Part shown: positions 12,459 to 23,915 of the stretch, piece by piece
Layout: every line of letters starts with the position of its first letter
How positions within the stretch are numbered: position 1 is the stretch's first letter
Source of the DNA: Novakomyces olei
Taxonomy: Eukaryota
Assembly: GCA_016906335.1 (NCBI GenBank)
Contig: JADEYG010000012.1
Location: forward strand, 868,001-932,000
Direction of reading: 5' to 3'
Length of the DNA: 64,000 nt
Notes under the pieces: model-generated
What the model saw: only the letters and a program-made list of their open reading frames with translations
What the model was told of the DNA's origin: nothing
Databases searched by the model: none
Made by a program: the position numbers and the translations under genes

Positions 12459-13804
12459 CTAGTGCTTTGAGAGCCGTTGACGATTTTCTTGTCTATGGCA
12501 ATGAACCTTTTTACCAATATGCATATGATACTATCAAATTTTGAGTTAGGCTAATAAACGGGGACAAATTTGGACGCGGTAATTTACTACGAGACTTAGG
12601 TTTGTGCAATGTATGTTACAGTCAGTGTAGTCTGAACACTTTTGTGAGATTCAGTCCTGGTAAATGACTGTACTGATGATTTATCGGTTTCGCTATTGGC
12701 CGTAGCCGTCGTGTCAGATTGAGTTTGAGTCTGGGTTACAAAACTATTGAGTTTGCTCTGACTCGCAGAGCTAGAAATATCGGCCTTATAGTAAGCGAAT
12801 AGCTTTCGTGTACGTTTGGATATAAATTGTAAAGCCTTACTCTTCGAAGAACCTGTATATCCGCACACGAAGTATACAATTCTTCGTATCCCTCCGTTTG
12901 GATTTTAGGAAAATTCCATACCCAGTATAGTCCAAAAATTCCAGGCTCTGTATCTGTAGGGATCGTAAACTCTATAGTTTTGCCTGTTCATCAGTAACGG
13001 CTATTTTTTCCTTTGAACCTACAAGGCGATTCATTTGCGGAGTCGCTGCACCCGTCTAACAATATCGTCAGCTGCACTACCAGCGTGAATTTTAGGTACT
13101 AATATTAGTATCATAAAACTTCACAAGAATACCCATTGAACGCAGTCGGTCCGGAAAGAACTCGCTCGGCTTTTACTTGTCCAATGGATAACGGCATAGT
13201 CTTATTCCAAAACCAAGTGTAATTTCCTAAACTTTGAGTAGATGCAATAGTAGATATTTACCCGGGTGAGCCTTGTTGTCTGGAGGCAAAACGTCCTTTG
13301 TCGCATGACCATTCGGGGTGTACCATCCCTGAATAAATTTAACAAAAAGCAAAAAAAGCAACAAAGAGAGAAAAAAAAAATTATAAATTATAGTCATAGC
13401 AATTAGATTAAAAGAAAGCAAGCAAGAAAGTCATTTATCCCGGTACCACAATACTGTCCCCGGGAAAACATTGAAGTCTGGGGTACTGTGAGGAGTAAGC
13501 AGCAGAGGATTGCTGCGGCGGCGAACAGGCTGGGTACGACGGAGGCTTTGTAATTAGAGTCTTCATTGTTGGCGCTTTTCCATGTATGATACCTGATTTA
13601 ATATCTTCCAGGTTTCTGCTTCGTCATTATGACCTGCGTACGCACGGATATACCCAGTGTTTCCTTTGCCTTGTCCAGATACTACTTCAAGACTGTCAAT
13701 CTGGCCAATTTAGCATGGTTGGATTCATTCTCCTTTCTTACCCAACTGTGTGCACCAACCACGACAAGGAATACTGATACGCAAAGGCTCTCGAGTCTTA
13801 CCAT
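12459..13804 (-). CDS. Secreted protein with His at the predicted mature N-terminus, LPMO-like candidate, with Ser/Thr-rich tail; multi-exon; alternative stop at 12596 if the last intron is retained
   Basis: Manual splice: MVRLESLCVSVFLVVVGA|HSWIDSLEVVSGQGKGNTGYIRAYAGH...YPRLQCFPGDSIVGWYTPNGHATKD...PTAFNDGCSDSANESPCKTIEFTIP...GLYWVWNFPK...EELYTSCADIQV + S/T-rich region. Confidence 0.8.
13056..13133 (-). other. [D1,2] spliceosomal twin intron: internal intron 13099-13132 (34 nt) splits the donor G|TACCT of a 44-nt external intron
   Basis: AAT G [g (gtattc..actaatattag) tacct..gctgacgatattgttag] AC GGG; only two-step removal gives in-frame N-D-G-C. Confidence 0.75.
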
Positions 13805-14266
13805 ACTGAAACTCGGTATTGCCTTTCTTCAGTTCGCTCATTGTCTAATAAATATTGGAAGGAACAAAGAGATTGTTGCGTGGGATGCATGGGCATGTAT
13901 TCATTTAAGTATTAACTAATTAGGACTCTTGGTCTTATCGCATTTAAGTATAGAAAAAATGGATTAATACACTAAATGATAGAGACAAAAACACTTGAAT
14001 ATTACTATGGCTGCTATAGTATATCATGTTTTTCTCCCCATTATGAGGTCAGCCAAGTTTGGTCTTCAAGGACTTCTCATTCGGTCTCCTTATTAATTGT
14101 AGAAGATGAACAATAGTCTTGTCGAGCACGGAAAGTATCACCCGCCATACCCTTAAACTCGTATCAGAAATAAAACCACGCGTTCACCACTCACGCTCTG
14201 GAAGGTTTTACATATTTTGCCAGATAAAATTTTGGACATTTGCTAGACTATTATTAAAAATCTATT

Positions 14267-17132
14267 CTATCCATGAGACTGATATTTTAGTACTCTACTT
14301 GAAAATGCTCTTTCTATGCTACAAAAAATTACAAAATGCTTTCTTCCGGCTCGTAGCTCAAACTCTCGATAAGTTTGAGTAAATCCTGCAATATTTAATC
14401 ACCATTAACGAGAAAAAAAAAAAAAAAAAAGAAGACGAACAAAAATTACAACAAATTTAACTTGATGGGAAGTAAAAACTAAATAAATAAATAAATAACT
14501 CTGTTTAAACGTGGAAACTTTTGTAAGCATACCTTTGTCTGCTTTGCACAATCAAAAGCGACGCCAGCCATCAGCTGCTTCACATCACGTTCATGCAACC
14601 CATTGTCGTCCTTGCTTCCTATTATATTTTGAAGCTTTTCACAGGACGCCAACATTCTCTCTAAAAGAGGCCTTGCCTGTGGGACAGAGCCCTTACTTGC
14701 GCGCATAGCTTCGTCTGTCGATTGCACAGAGTCACGAACTGCCATCGCAATAGTGTCTACGTATTGGGCAGTAGCCGCTTTGCTTTCTTCCTGTCTTACT
14801 GCCTGCAGTAATCTTTGTATGCTTTCTACTACCGCCTCTGTATTCCGCTCCAAGTGAGACCTCAATTTTATCAGGGGATCATTAGCCGGTAGTGGAGGCT
14901 GATCAGGTAAATACCCGGATGCCCGCTCCCGAGAACTAGGCACCCGCTCCCGAGAATATGACAATTGCTCACGCTGACTAGGCATCCTCTCTCGCGGACT
15001 AGACATCCTCTCTCGTAGAGCATCTGCGCCAAAAGAACTTTGGGGCAAAGAGCTAAGACTCATATTTGACGGTGGTGTACCCGGACTAAACGGCCGTGGA
15101 GCAGCTCGAGGGCTCATAAACGGTTCAAATTCGCTTACTGTACTAATATGGCTCCCAGTTTTTTGCTCATTTTCCTCTATCCCAGCCAACGAAATTTCAT
15201 TGTCACTGTCCTGCTGTCGACAGGCCACGTACTGTGCCAGCCGTGCCACCGAAAGATAAAGCATATTGGCTGCTGCTAGCAGTTGTAACCTGTGCCTCTC
15301 CAAGTCGCTGGCAATTGCACTTTTGTCGCCGACAGTACTGCCATTGCTTTTCTGCGCTTTGACAATAGTCTTTGTAGACAAAATTAAATTATTTGTACTA
15401 TCGGAAAACTCACTGATCAAAGCATCAAGGACAGAACCTTCAAACTGTGGGCGATGAGCCTCAACATCCTTGTGAATTGCACGTACTGCCGCCACTACTG
15501 TGCGCACCTGTGCCAGTGAAGATCTGGGTGAGGACTCGTGAGCCGCTTGCACAAGCTCATCAATGGCCATTTGCATCCGGATGATATGGTGCACTTTTAT
15601 AGCACCTGTGTCATGAGCGCGACTGGTCTCGAAGAGCACAAGACTGCGGCCGTCTGCAGATGGAGTAGCCTGCGGTACTATTGGCTGAACACCACGCGAC
15701 GCCTGCAGTTTCGAAATATGTGTTTTCAGGGACTCAACCTCTGTTTTAAGTGTCTCGTTTTCATAAACAAGATTTTCAAATTCTGCTGCGTGGGATTCCT
15801 CCTTGTTTGCAATCTCACGCATTTCGTTGAGCAGATTTACGGCCTCCTGCCTTACTTCCTCTGTAACTTTTTCTTGGTCTTCCATCTCTGATTTTAACCG
15901 TGCATTTTCTTCCCGTAAATGCTGCACTTCAGAATCATCCGAGATAGGGGCTGGCGAAGAATTTTTAGCGGCTAAAGCTGCCTGTGAATCCGACAGCTCT
16001 TGTTCAAGTCTACCGATTTTTTGATCGGCCTCTTCAACTTGTGCTTGTAATTGTGCAACCCGTTCAAAATCACCTTCGCGAGGAGCTGAGGATCTCGAAT
16101 GCTCTGCGTCCACAATATCCTCGACCACAGCTGTAGATTTGTTGGGCGTCAATACGTCATGCTCTGCAAAATAGGGCGATGGTGCCGCGCCAGGCGGTCT
16201 GGCTTGGGGCTGATGTTGCGGACGATAGCCGTGAGGGGGTTGGCCCGATCCCGAATTCGATCTGAGACCTTTTTGATTGTTCCCTATCGCATACTGTCCG
16301 TGTGCCTGTGATGATTAGATAAAGATTCAGTTGAGCGATAATTGAGAATTTAAACTCGACACAGTGCTCGAACGAGAACAAAACAACTAAACAGACCAAG
16401 AACATAGAATAACTGGAACAATTACGGATACAGCAAGCACAAGATTTTTAGACAAACTTACGAGAGAAGGGAACCGTTGCTCAAGCTCGCAGACCACATC
16501 GCGGCAAAGTTCACCGAATCGATCGTGAAGTGTACTCAACTTTTTCCGAGCACGATTGCGTTTTGGATGGTAGGCGTCTTCGGATACAAGAAACTGTAGA
16601 CCTGTACGCGCACTGTTTAACCGTCGATTTAGCTCATCGAAAACGTCCGTGGAAAGCTCTTGCAGCTGACTAGGAGTCAAACGCATCAGTTTTTCTCGTG
16701 CACCTGCAGTCTGCGCAGCCAATTCGCCTTTGATATTAGTCTTGTTACTTTTCGCCCCTTTGAACTCGTGTCTCTTTGTTGTTTACTTTCAGCCTGTACG
16801 GTAATTGCTGTATTATTTGTATAATTCTTGCATTATTTGTATTTATTTCCACTTTATTTCAATCTCATTCTCCCCTCAAAGAACCGTCCAAACATACCTC
16901 TCTGCAGCAATGGGAACATGTAGCTCCGTAGAGCATTGTAATGAACAGCCGCAGTCTGTGAAAATGCCGCGGAATTTTCGTCTGATCCGCGTGAACGTAC
17001 CGAACTTACGCGTTGCCGATCGCTTGAACCATCTTCAATACCAAACGACCCATAACGCGAAAGTGCCGACATCTCTGAAGGCGCCGGCGACGCGCTCCGC
17101 ATAGGCGGCGGCCGCACTGGCCGAGGAAGCAT
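14267..17132 (-). CDS. SPA2: Polarisome scaffold Spa2 homolog (two SHD/GIT repeats, coiled coil, GIT1-C-like C-terminus), spliced
   Basis: AREKLMRLTPSQLQELSTDVFDELNRR; HPKRNRARKKLSTL; TPNKSTAVVE; MAGVAFDCAKQTK. Confidence 0.9.
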
Positions 17133-18495
17133 TATACTGATTCTTTGGAGATACAATGTCGAGCCCTACCTTTGTATATTTTGTGGTTGTATAAAGAGTC
17201 CAGGGTTGTTAGTCTGGCCAGTTTCAGATGGTAGATCAGGCTTCCGTCCAAAGCCTAACGGCTACAGAGCCCGTTCCCTGTCGTACCTAAAATTCTGTAA
17301 CCACGCTACTCCCGTCCTGTCGTGTTCCCACGCGGCTCTATCGCTAAGCCAGGCTCAATTTTGTATATTTTTCCCGACCAGATAGATTATTGCTGATAAA
17401 TTATTGTTGATTCGCTAAAGTTCGCGTAATTTAGTAAGCAGTTAATTTTGCTTGCCAGTACCAGATTCTGCCCGATGACGGGCCGAACCAAACTGACTTG
17501 GGCTCTGATCTAACAAGACTCGAGAGCGCCGCCTATTCAACCACACATTTCACGTCGTCTGGCCCATAACTAAAACTGCAAAAAACCAATAGTGTCCCTT
17601 CTTTGAAGGCAGGTACCTTGTTCTGCCAAGTAGAGAAAACCCTGACTATTCAGGGCCAAGTTTGAATTACGCGAAGCAGCGGCCGATCAAAAGAGATCAA
17701 TAGCGCTCGGCGCAAGGAACGGCCATTCTGGCGCGGACGCGCAACCGCAGCAATTTGAGGTGGTTAAGCGCGAAGGGTTTGTTAAGCTTTTTTATTTCGA
17801 TTGCAGGTGTGTATTACGCGCCCTTCATACAAGCCTTATCGGCTTTACCTGTTGTGAATTTGCTACACTAGATCGGCTGCTTGCCGCTCTCGCAAAGGCT
17901 ATCACAATTTACGAAGCTCGATTCGTTCGGCAGTTTCGTCACCGTTTTGGCAATCTCAAGTCGGGCTTGCCGGTATATTCCACAAAGTCTTGAGCATACG
18001 CTTTGAGAATCGATTGAAGAGCGCTGTACCAGGCTATATAATACGGTCATCTGCTTGATACCACGTCATCATTGTTTGTCGTGCTTGGTTTACCGTACCA
18101 AGTCCGTTTTAAATCGATCGATTTTGTCCTTGTTCCACCATCACTGCCTCTTGCCAACTGGTTTTTCTTGCGTACATTTCTCGCTGTTGGTCTGGACGCA
18201 AGAAGGCGAAAACGAGTCTGGTGATTGATTACGGAGAAACCGTTTATTTTTTGGTACAGCTACTTACAGTCAACTATACATTTCAAAATATTGCCGCCTG
18301 GACTGTACGTCATTGATTATCACTTTTTGATAGGCTGAGCACTACTTCATCTTGCAACGTCTTTTTCACGCATTTTCCTAGCATTTTCCCTACAGCAACC
18401 ACCCTAACTCGGCTCGGTACAGTGCCTCCTTTTCTTTTGTTCAATAAAATAAGAAGATTTGAATAAAAGAGGTAAAATAAACAAAAGGGCTAAAA

Positions 18496-19128
18496 ATGAC
18501 GGACGCCTTACAGGCGAAACCAACTTCACATTATTCGGAAAAAGATCGAGAGTCGCCTCTTGCTGCGACAACAGCACGGCGGCGATCTTCGACACCATCA
18601 AGGCCTTTTATAATACGTGATTATGCGTATCCCAGCACGCATGAATTACATCATGGACCGCGTCTCAGTTACTACAAATCTGATTCTGGTGTCGATGCTC
18701 ATATTGCTCAACAACTTTTACAAATAAATGTGAGCGATGCAGAAGGTCCACCATATGAGGAAGACGACGATTTATATTCACCTGTACGGATATCAGCAGA
18801 TGAAGAATGTTCGACCAGTGCAAGCAATGAGCCTGGCCATTTCATGTTCCAAGCGACATCTCCCGAGGAAGTTTACGGGCCGGCAGTGGCGCTTTACGAT
18901 TTTGAACCAGAGCATGATAATGAAGTGGCCCTGCGAATGGGCCAAATCGTCTGGATATCTTACCGGCATGGGCAAGGCTGGCTTGTTGCTCAAGATCCAG
19001 ATACGGGAGAGAGCGGGCTTGTGCCTGAAGAGTATTGCGAAATGATGCAATCAGATGAAACTCTTCGTGCGGAGACATTGAATGAAGAGGACAAGTCGGC
19101 CGATGAATGGGAAGATTTGCAAAATTAA
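18496..19128 (+). CDS. NBP2: SH3 adaptor Nbp2/Skb5 homolog
   Basis: IIRDYAYP..HELHHG N-terminal motif; SH3 AVALYDFEPEHDNEV...GQGWLVA...SGLVPEEY. Confidence 0.85.
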   Translation: MTDALQAKPTSHYSEKDRESPLAATTARRRSSTPSRPFIIRDYAYPSTHELHHGPRLSYYKSDSGVDAHIAQQLLQINVSDAEGPPYEEDDDLYSPVRISADEECSTSASNEPGHFMFQATSPEEVYGPAVALYDFEPEHDNEVALRMGQIVWISYRHGQGWLVAQDPDTGESGLVPEEYCEMMQSDETLRAETLNEEDKSADEWEDLQN

Positions 19129-19617
19129 GAATTACAGCCTAAAATTAAAAAGCATTGTTTACCATGTATATAAATTGGTAGTTTTGTCATTGTGTCAAAC
19201 GATCATAAGAAATTTCTAATGTGTTTCAACATTTAAATTTTGTTTATTTATGAGATAGTGCAAATGTTGGCCTTTGTGTCAGTTGTAATGAAGTGCAGTC
19301 ACAGCTTATCCCTGGCCAGTGTTGTGTTCGTAAAAAGGCTTTAAGCATTAAAGGAAAAACGTTCTATTAGTGACCCTAACCCTAATACAGACGAGTTTTA
19401 TTGCCATAGCCAATTGGTCGGTCGACTATTGTAAAATACTATGGCACTACTTATCACCTAGTCTATGTAACGAATATGCACGGTACTTCTCCATATAATT
19501 TATCAAGCGTGTAAGGTAAGCAGCAAGATTGTTATTAGTATCCCACTTTCCATCCTATCAGCAGGCTTCATATTAAGGTTCAATTATCGACCATCATCGA
19601 GCGAGCGAACAGCAAAG

Positions 19618-20883
19618 ATGAGCCGTATTCTTCTCGTCGGCTCAGGCACAGGTCTCCTGCATCGTTTGCGCTATACATTGGGCACGAAAAACCTTGAGCT
19701 TGTTGATTCTGTTGCGACAGGAGCTCCTGTCGCGTGGGTGGCTCAGCATCTTTCCCACACAGTAGCCGTGTGGGTGACAAGCGAACAAGTTGCCAATGAT
19801 CACAAAGGCGCTCTTACAGAATTGGCCCTTACACAAGCGCCTCGTATTATTCATTCTGCTACTACTGACGAAGGTGTGTAATGTTGTTATTGCCACATTT
19901 ATTTTTGTTCAAACTATTTTTTATTTATTTATTAGCAATGGCAATTAGAGCGAAAATGCTCAATATAATTAATCCTTTCTGATTTATGTTCAACCTTTAT
20001 TAATGTTCAACCTTTACTTTCAACTTATTCATCACGATCGACACTAACGTAAACAGGAACTTGCCATGCTTGGGTCCTTCGCAGCGGTGTCGTCTTGGTG
20101 GCTAATTACACAGCCGGCACTTTCCAATCAGTAAAACATGGCAAAGTCGTGAGCACTTTTCGGGCTCCGAAAGCAAGCAAAGTAGTTCCAGGCCGTCAGG
20201 ATGAGCCACACGCTCATCAGATAGTAGCAGACTGGCACGAAAGGTTTGCTTACGGTGTTGATTTGGGTGCCGATGCGATTTTCCAGTTTGCGCTTGGAGA
20301 GAGAGAGCAACTAGTCCTTCATCGCACAATACCATTGCCCCCAGGATCGGGCCCGCGTCATATTGCCTTCCATCCACGTGAATCGTGGGCTTACGTTCTG
20401 GGCGAATTGACGAGTACTGTACATGTTTTCCACGTTACCGCGGACGGTGTATGGGAGCCAAAGCAGACGATCGATATTCTGCCAAAAGGTGCAGCTCAAG
20501 TGGAAGCCATTGATTGTGAGAATCCACGTACCGCTGCAGAAATTCAGGTCACAAGCAACGGAGAATTTTTGTACGCCAGCAACCGCTACCTTCCGCCATA
20601 CGGCGGAACAGAATGGACCAACGGTAGTGATACGTTGGCAGTGGCCTATATTGATCAGGTTACGGGCGAATTGGATACGGAGCCGAAACAAATCTCGCTG
20701 CAGGGGCGAGTTCCTCGTCACTTTGAAGTCGACAATTCGGGAACCTTACTGGCTGTGGCGCTGCAGGAATCAGACCGTGTTGATGTGTATACTACAAGTA
20801 CGGCGGATGGCAGTGTAGAACGGCAAGCGTCGATTGCTATTCCTCAGCCAATGTGTACGACTTGGTCTCACATGTCTTTATAG
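19618..20883 (+). CDS. Lactonase, 7-bladed beta-propeller family (6-phosphogluconolactonase/cycloisomerase-like), 2 exons
   Basis: VANYTAG, RQDEPHAHQ, VDLGAD, GSGPRHIAFHP, FLYASNR, GRVPRHF; intron ~19874-20056. Confidence 0.9.
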
Positions 20884-21242
20884 TTTTGGATAGAGTACCG
20901 TGAAGGCGAGAACAAGCACGAATTCAATACCTTTATAATTGATATAAACATGCTTTTAAAGTACTCTAATGGACTTTTCATTCTGCCAAGCAAGTACGGA
21001 ATCGTATTTGCTGCCTCTGCAGCTGGAACTATTTTTCTAGTATACAATAAGCGCCCGCGCCTAACATAAATTAATATATGTAGAGCCCTGCTGTACTTGA
21101 AAATTGTAACAGGATTATATAATCCTGTTACTTGTTTCTCCCTCCCTTGGTGACATGTATGAAATCTTGTCTTCCTTTTAATCCCTTAAATGTTCTATAT
21201 TTGATTCCAGCCGAGATATCCTTATCACCCGCATATTAGCGC

Positions 21243-21619
21243 CTAAACTCGTGCAGCTATTGATAATGTGACAGCTAAAGCGGAGTACGGCGGTAAAGGT
21301 TCCGGTGATACGACAGAAGCTTGGCCTTTATACGTACTTGTTACCCTAAACGATATAATGAGTAGTATTATCAAGAGACCATCCAATATCTATCAATATA
21401 GCTTTTAATTTACTGAAGGAGGCTGTACCGGTTAAAAGCGCAGTTATAGTCTTGTTCCAAGGATAACGATAGCAAAGAAGGGGTCGGCGGTGGATCGGAT
21501 AGATATCTGCAAGGCTCGTAGACATTTTTAAATTTATCAAATTCAAATTTATCAATTTGGACATTATCAGATACGAGTCCTAAGATGGAATTTGACAGAC
21601 AACAATGCAAACCGCTCAT
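21243..21619 (-). CDS. Possible small spliced hypothetical protein (~97 aa) with LPPY motif
   Basis: ORF 21410-21619 joins in phase (AAC CG|gtacag..tttag|G GTA) to VTSTYKGQASVVSPEPLPPYSALAV; no recognisable family. Confidence 0.25.
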
Positions 21620-22123
21620 TTGCCATCTCTACGATTTGACCAAACATTGCGGTTACTGTTTCCACTCCAAGGTGATTATAAATTAATTCAAGTGGACACA
21701 ATGTCCCCGAAACCATTTTAGGTACACGTTTTAAGTATATACCTTTGTATACCATATTAATTTAAGTACAGATAAGCTATCTGCCCACGCTATGCCGATC
21801 ACGATAACACTCCGGGCGCGCCGACGAAAAGTCGCAAAAGGCGAGACCGCTATATATTATACCCCTAAAAATAAATTATTGTAAATTATTAAAAATCGGC
21901 AAAGGAGGTTAGAGAAACCAGCGGACGGGTTGGAGCTTTGCACGGGAATCGTGGTCAGTAATATTTGCCTTTAACCCTTCTCTATTCTTGCTTTCTCGGA
22001 GGTGCGTTACGTCTTATCTGCCAGCGCATACCACCGACGAGAACGGCACTAGTACAAAGAGTACTTTTAAAACTATACATACGGCCAAAAGTCACTCTAC
22101 CGCAGTCATAAAGTTCCGCGCTA

Positions 22124-23017
22124 ATGTCTGCGGAACGCGTGTGGGACCATCTGCTTTGGTCGTCAACGAACGATGTGGTTCAAGAGCTGGCGGCTCCAAT
22201 TCGGTCCGGAGAACAAAGGCAAAGACGGCAAAGTCTGGTCGATGGTCTGGTGGCAGCGTACGTACAAGAAGGCCGATGGAGCAAAAGTATTACGCATACT
22301 AGAGTGCATTTGTATCTATTGTCGTGGCTGCTACTAGCTCATGAAACGGGACACGAATACCGGGCACGGCTTCCTCGCAGTCTGAGCAATAGCAGCGCTT
22401 ATACACATGTTTTGCGTTTAATGCCAAAATCAAAACTGGCTCAGCTAAAGAAGCAGTCGCCTGATGTAACGGAGAGCAGTAAGCCTCTCGTACACGCGAT
22501 TGAGCCTTTTATGGTGATATCTTCAGAAATGCTCTCTCTCCATCCCAATCTGTCCGCACAATGGCCGGAATTAGCAGTAGCGTTTATGCGCATTGCGGCT
22601 ATGGGCTCAAATAGCACAGAGCAAGTGTACTGTTTTGCTTGGGACGAAAGGGAGGCCGCTTTCCCGAGACTGAGTGCAGATGAAATGGCAACATTTAGCC
22701 GCCTGCGTGATTTGTCAGTGAGGAATATACAAACAATTGACGATGTGGATCCTCCAGCAAATGAAATTTTAGAGCAGATTCTTCAGCTAATTTCAAGTGT
22801 CCAAACAGCGCTTCCAGTACCGGCCTTGGCAGAGCTTGAAGATCTTGCTGCACGCAACAATCGTGCTGAATCAGTTCCATCCCTCTCCTCATCGTACTCC
22901 TCACAATCCTCATACTTTCTCGACGAAGCCCCAGAGTTGGCAGAAGAGTCGGTGAGCAGTGGAAGCGCCACAAAGCGTGGACTTGGCAATTTCATGTGCA
23001 TTGCAAGTGCAGACTAG
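22124..23017 (+). CDS. Hypothetical protein
   Basis: 297-aa ATG-initiated ORF of protein-like composition; no motif recognised. Confidence 0.65.
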   Translation: MSAERVWDHLLWSSTNDVVQELAAPIRSGEQRQRRQSLVDGLVAAYVQEGRWSKSITHTRVHLYLLSWLLLAHETGHEYRARLPRSLSNSSAYTHVLRLMPKSKLAQLKKQSPDVTESSKPLVHAIEPFMVISSEMLSLHPNLSAQWPELAVAFMRIAAMGSNSTEQVYCFAWDEREAAFPRLSADEMATFSRLRDLSVRNIQTIDDVDPPANEILEQILQLISSVQTALPVPALAELEDLAARNNRAESVPSLSSSYSSQSSYFLDEAPELAEESVSSGSATKRGLGNFMCIASAD

Positions 23018-23343
23018 CTTGGATGGTAATGCGGCCCGACTGGTATCGGACGCTCGAGAAAGTTATCACCAACAAGAGCAGTTGACGCTGCCAATCTGTA
23101 CTTGCAGAGAAAGGTAAAATCGACGTTGCTCAGGTATCCTCAAGCACGCCTTTCCTCAAGCAAGTCTTTTGGCTTGCAATTTTTCGCAAGACTGTTGTGC
23201 CTGAAAGGCCTTCGGTCTGTAAGTATTTACAGCAGCTTTCAACGCAATGATTGGGAATTGCGTTCGGCACAAGACATTTGCTAAATACGTGCGAACAAAA
23301 GCGCAAATATTTTACGCGCTAGCTATACAAATAGCAAAGTAAA

Positions 23344-23432
23344 GCGTAAAGCTTGGAACGACTATAGGCGTAAAGCTTGGAACGACTATAGGCGTAAAGC
23401 TTGGAACGACTATAAGCGTAAAGCTTGGAACG
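23344..23432. repeat. 24-bp minisatellite GCGTAAAGCTTGGAACGACTATAG x3.7
   Basis: Near-perfect tandem copies read directly. Confidence 0.9.
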
Positions 23433-23626
23433 GCACAAGGACAAGCATCTGAATATTCGTGATAGATTAGATGACTGATTCAAATAGCCGTGAGGAAGGA
23501 GAAAAGTATAGATTTTGCAAAATGCAAATGTTGAATAAATCAAACCAGACAGACAGCCCACTATAGCGTGTAGGACTGAACGATTAGGACAATATCAAAT
23601 TTGATACATTATATTTCTCCACACTT

Positions 23627-23915
23627 TTATTTAGTCGATTTCTCCACTTGTATTGCGGGCGCTACGTCTGTTTTTTCATGTTTTGCAAACTCGACCGGCC
23701 GGCCTTCACGATCAGCGACAACCTGAGTCTGCTGATTGGGCGATTCAATCGGCTGGTTTTGACTAGAAATTAGATAATATCGTGCAACCAACATACGAAG
23801 CCAGATACGGAGCAAACGTGTAATAGCCTATATCGTTAATACCGGCAAGGAAAAGGCAATTACTGATTCCGATGCCGAGCGCAACCGCAACAAGCGGAGC
23901 CCCGCGCCGCGACAT
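23627..23915 (-). CDS. Single-TM microprotein (~72 aa), PIGBOS1-like; 3 exons
   Basis: Introns 23828-23863 (36 nt) and 23763-23796 (34 nt) give MSRRGAPLVAVALGIGISYYTFAPYLASQNQPIE...EKSTK*. Confidence 0.7.

Noticed and set aside
12399-12527. GPI-anchor-like tail (…SSARYYLPAILLGIVEIIE) for the LPMO-like protein
   Set aside because: No donor in the required phase; the in-phase splice gives YHMHIGKK…LSKH instead
23344-23432. CRISPR-like array
   Set aside because: Contiguous tandem copies without unique spacers; eukaryotic context, no cas genes
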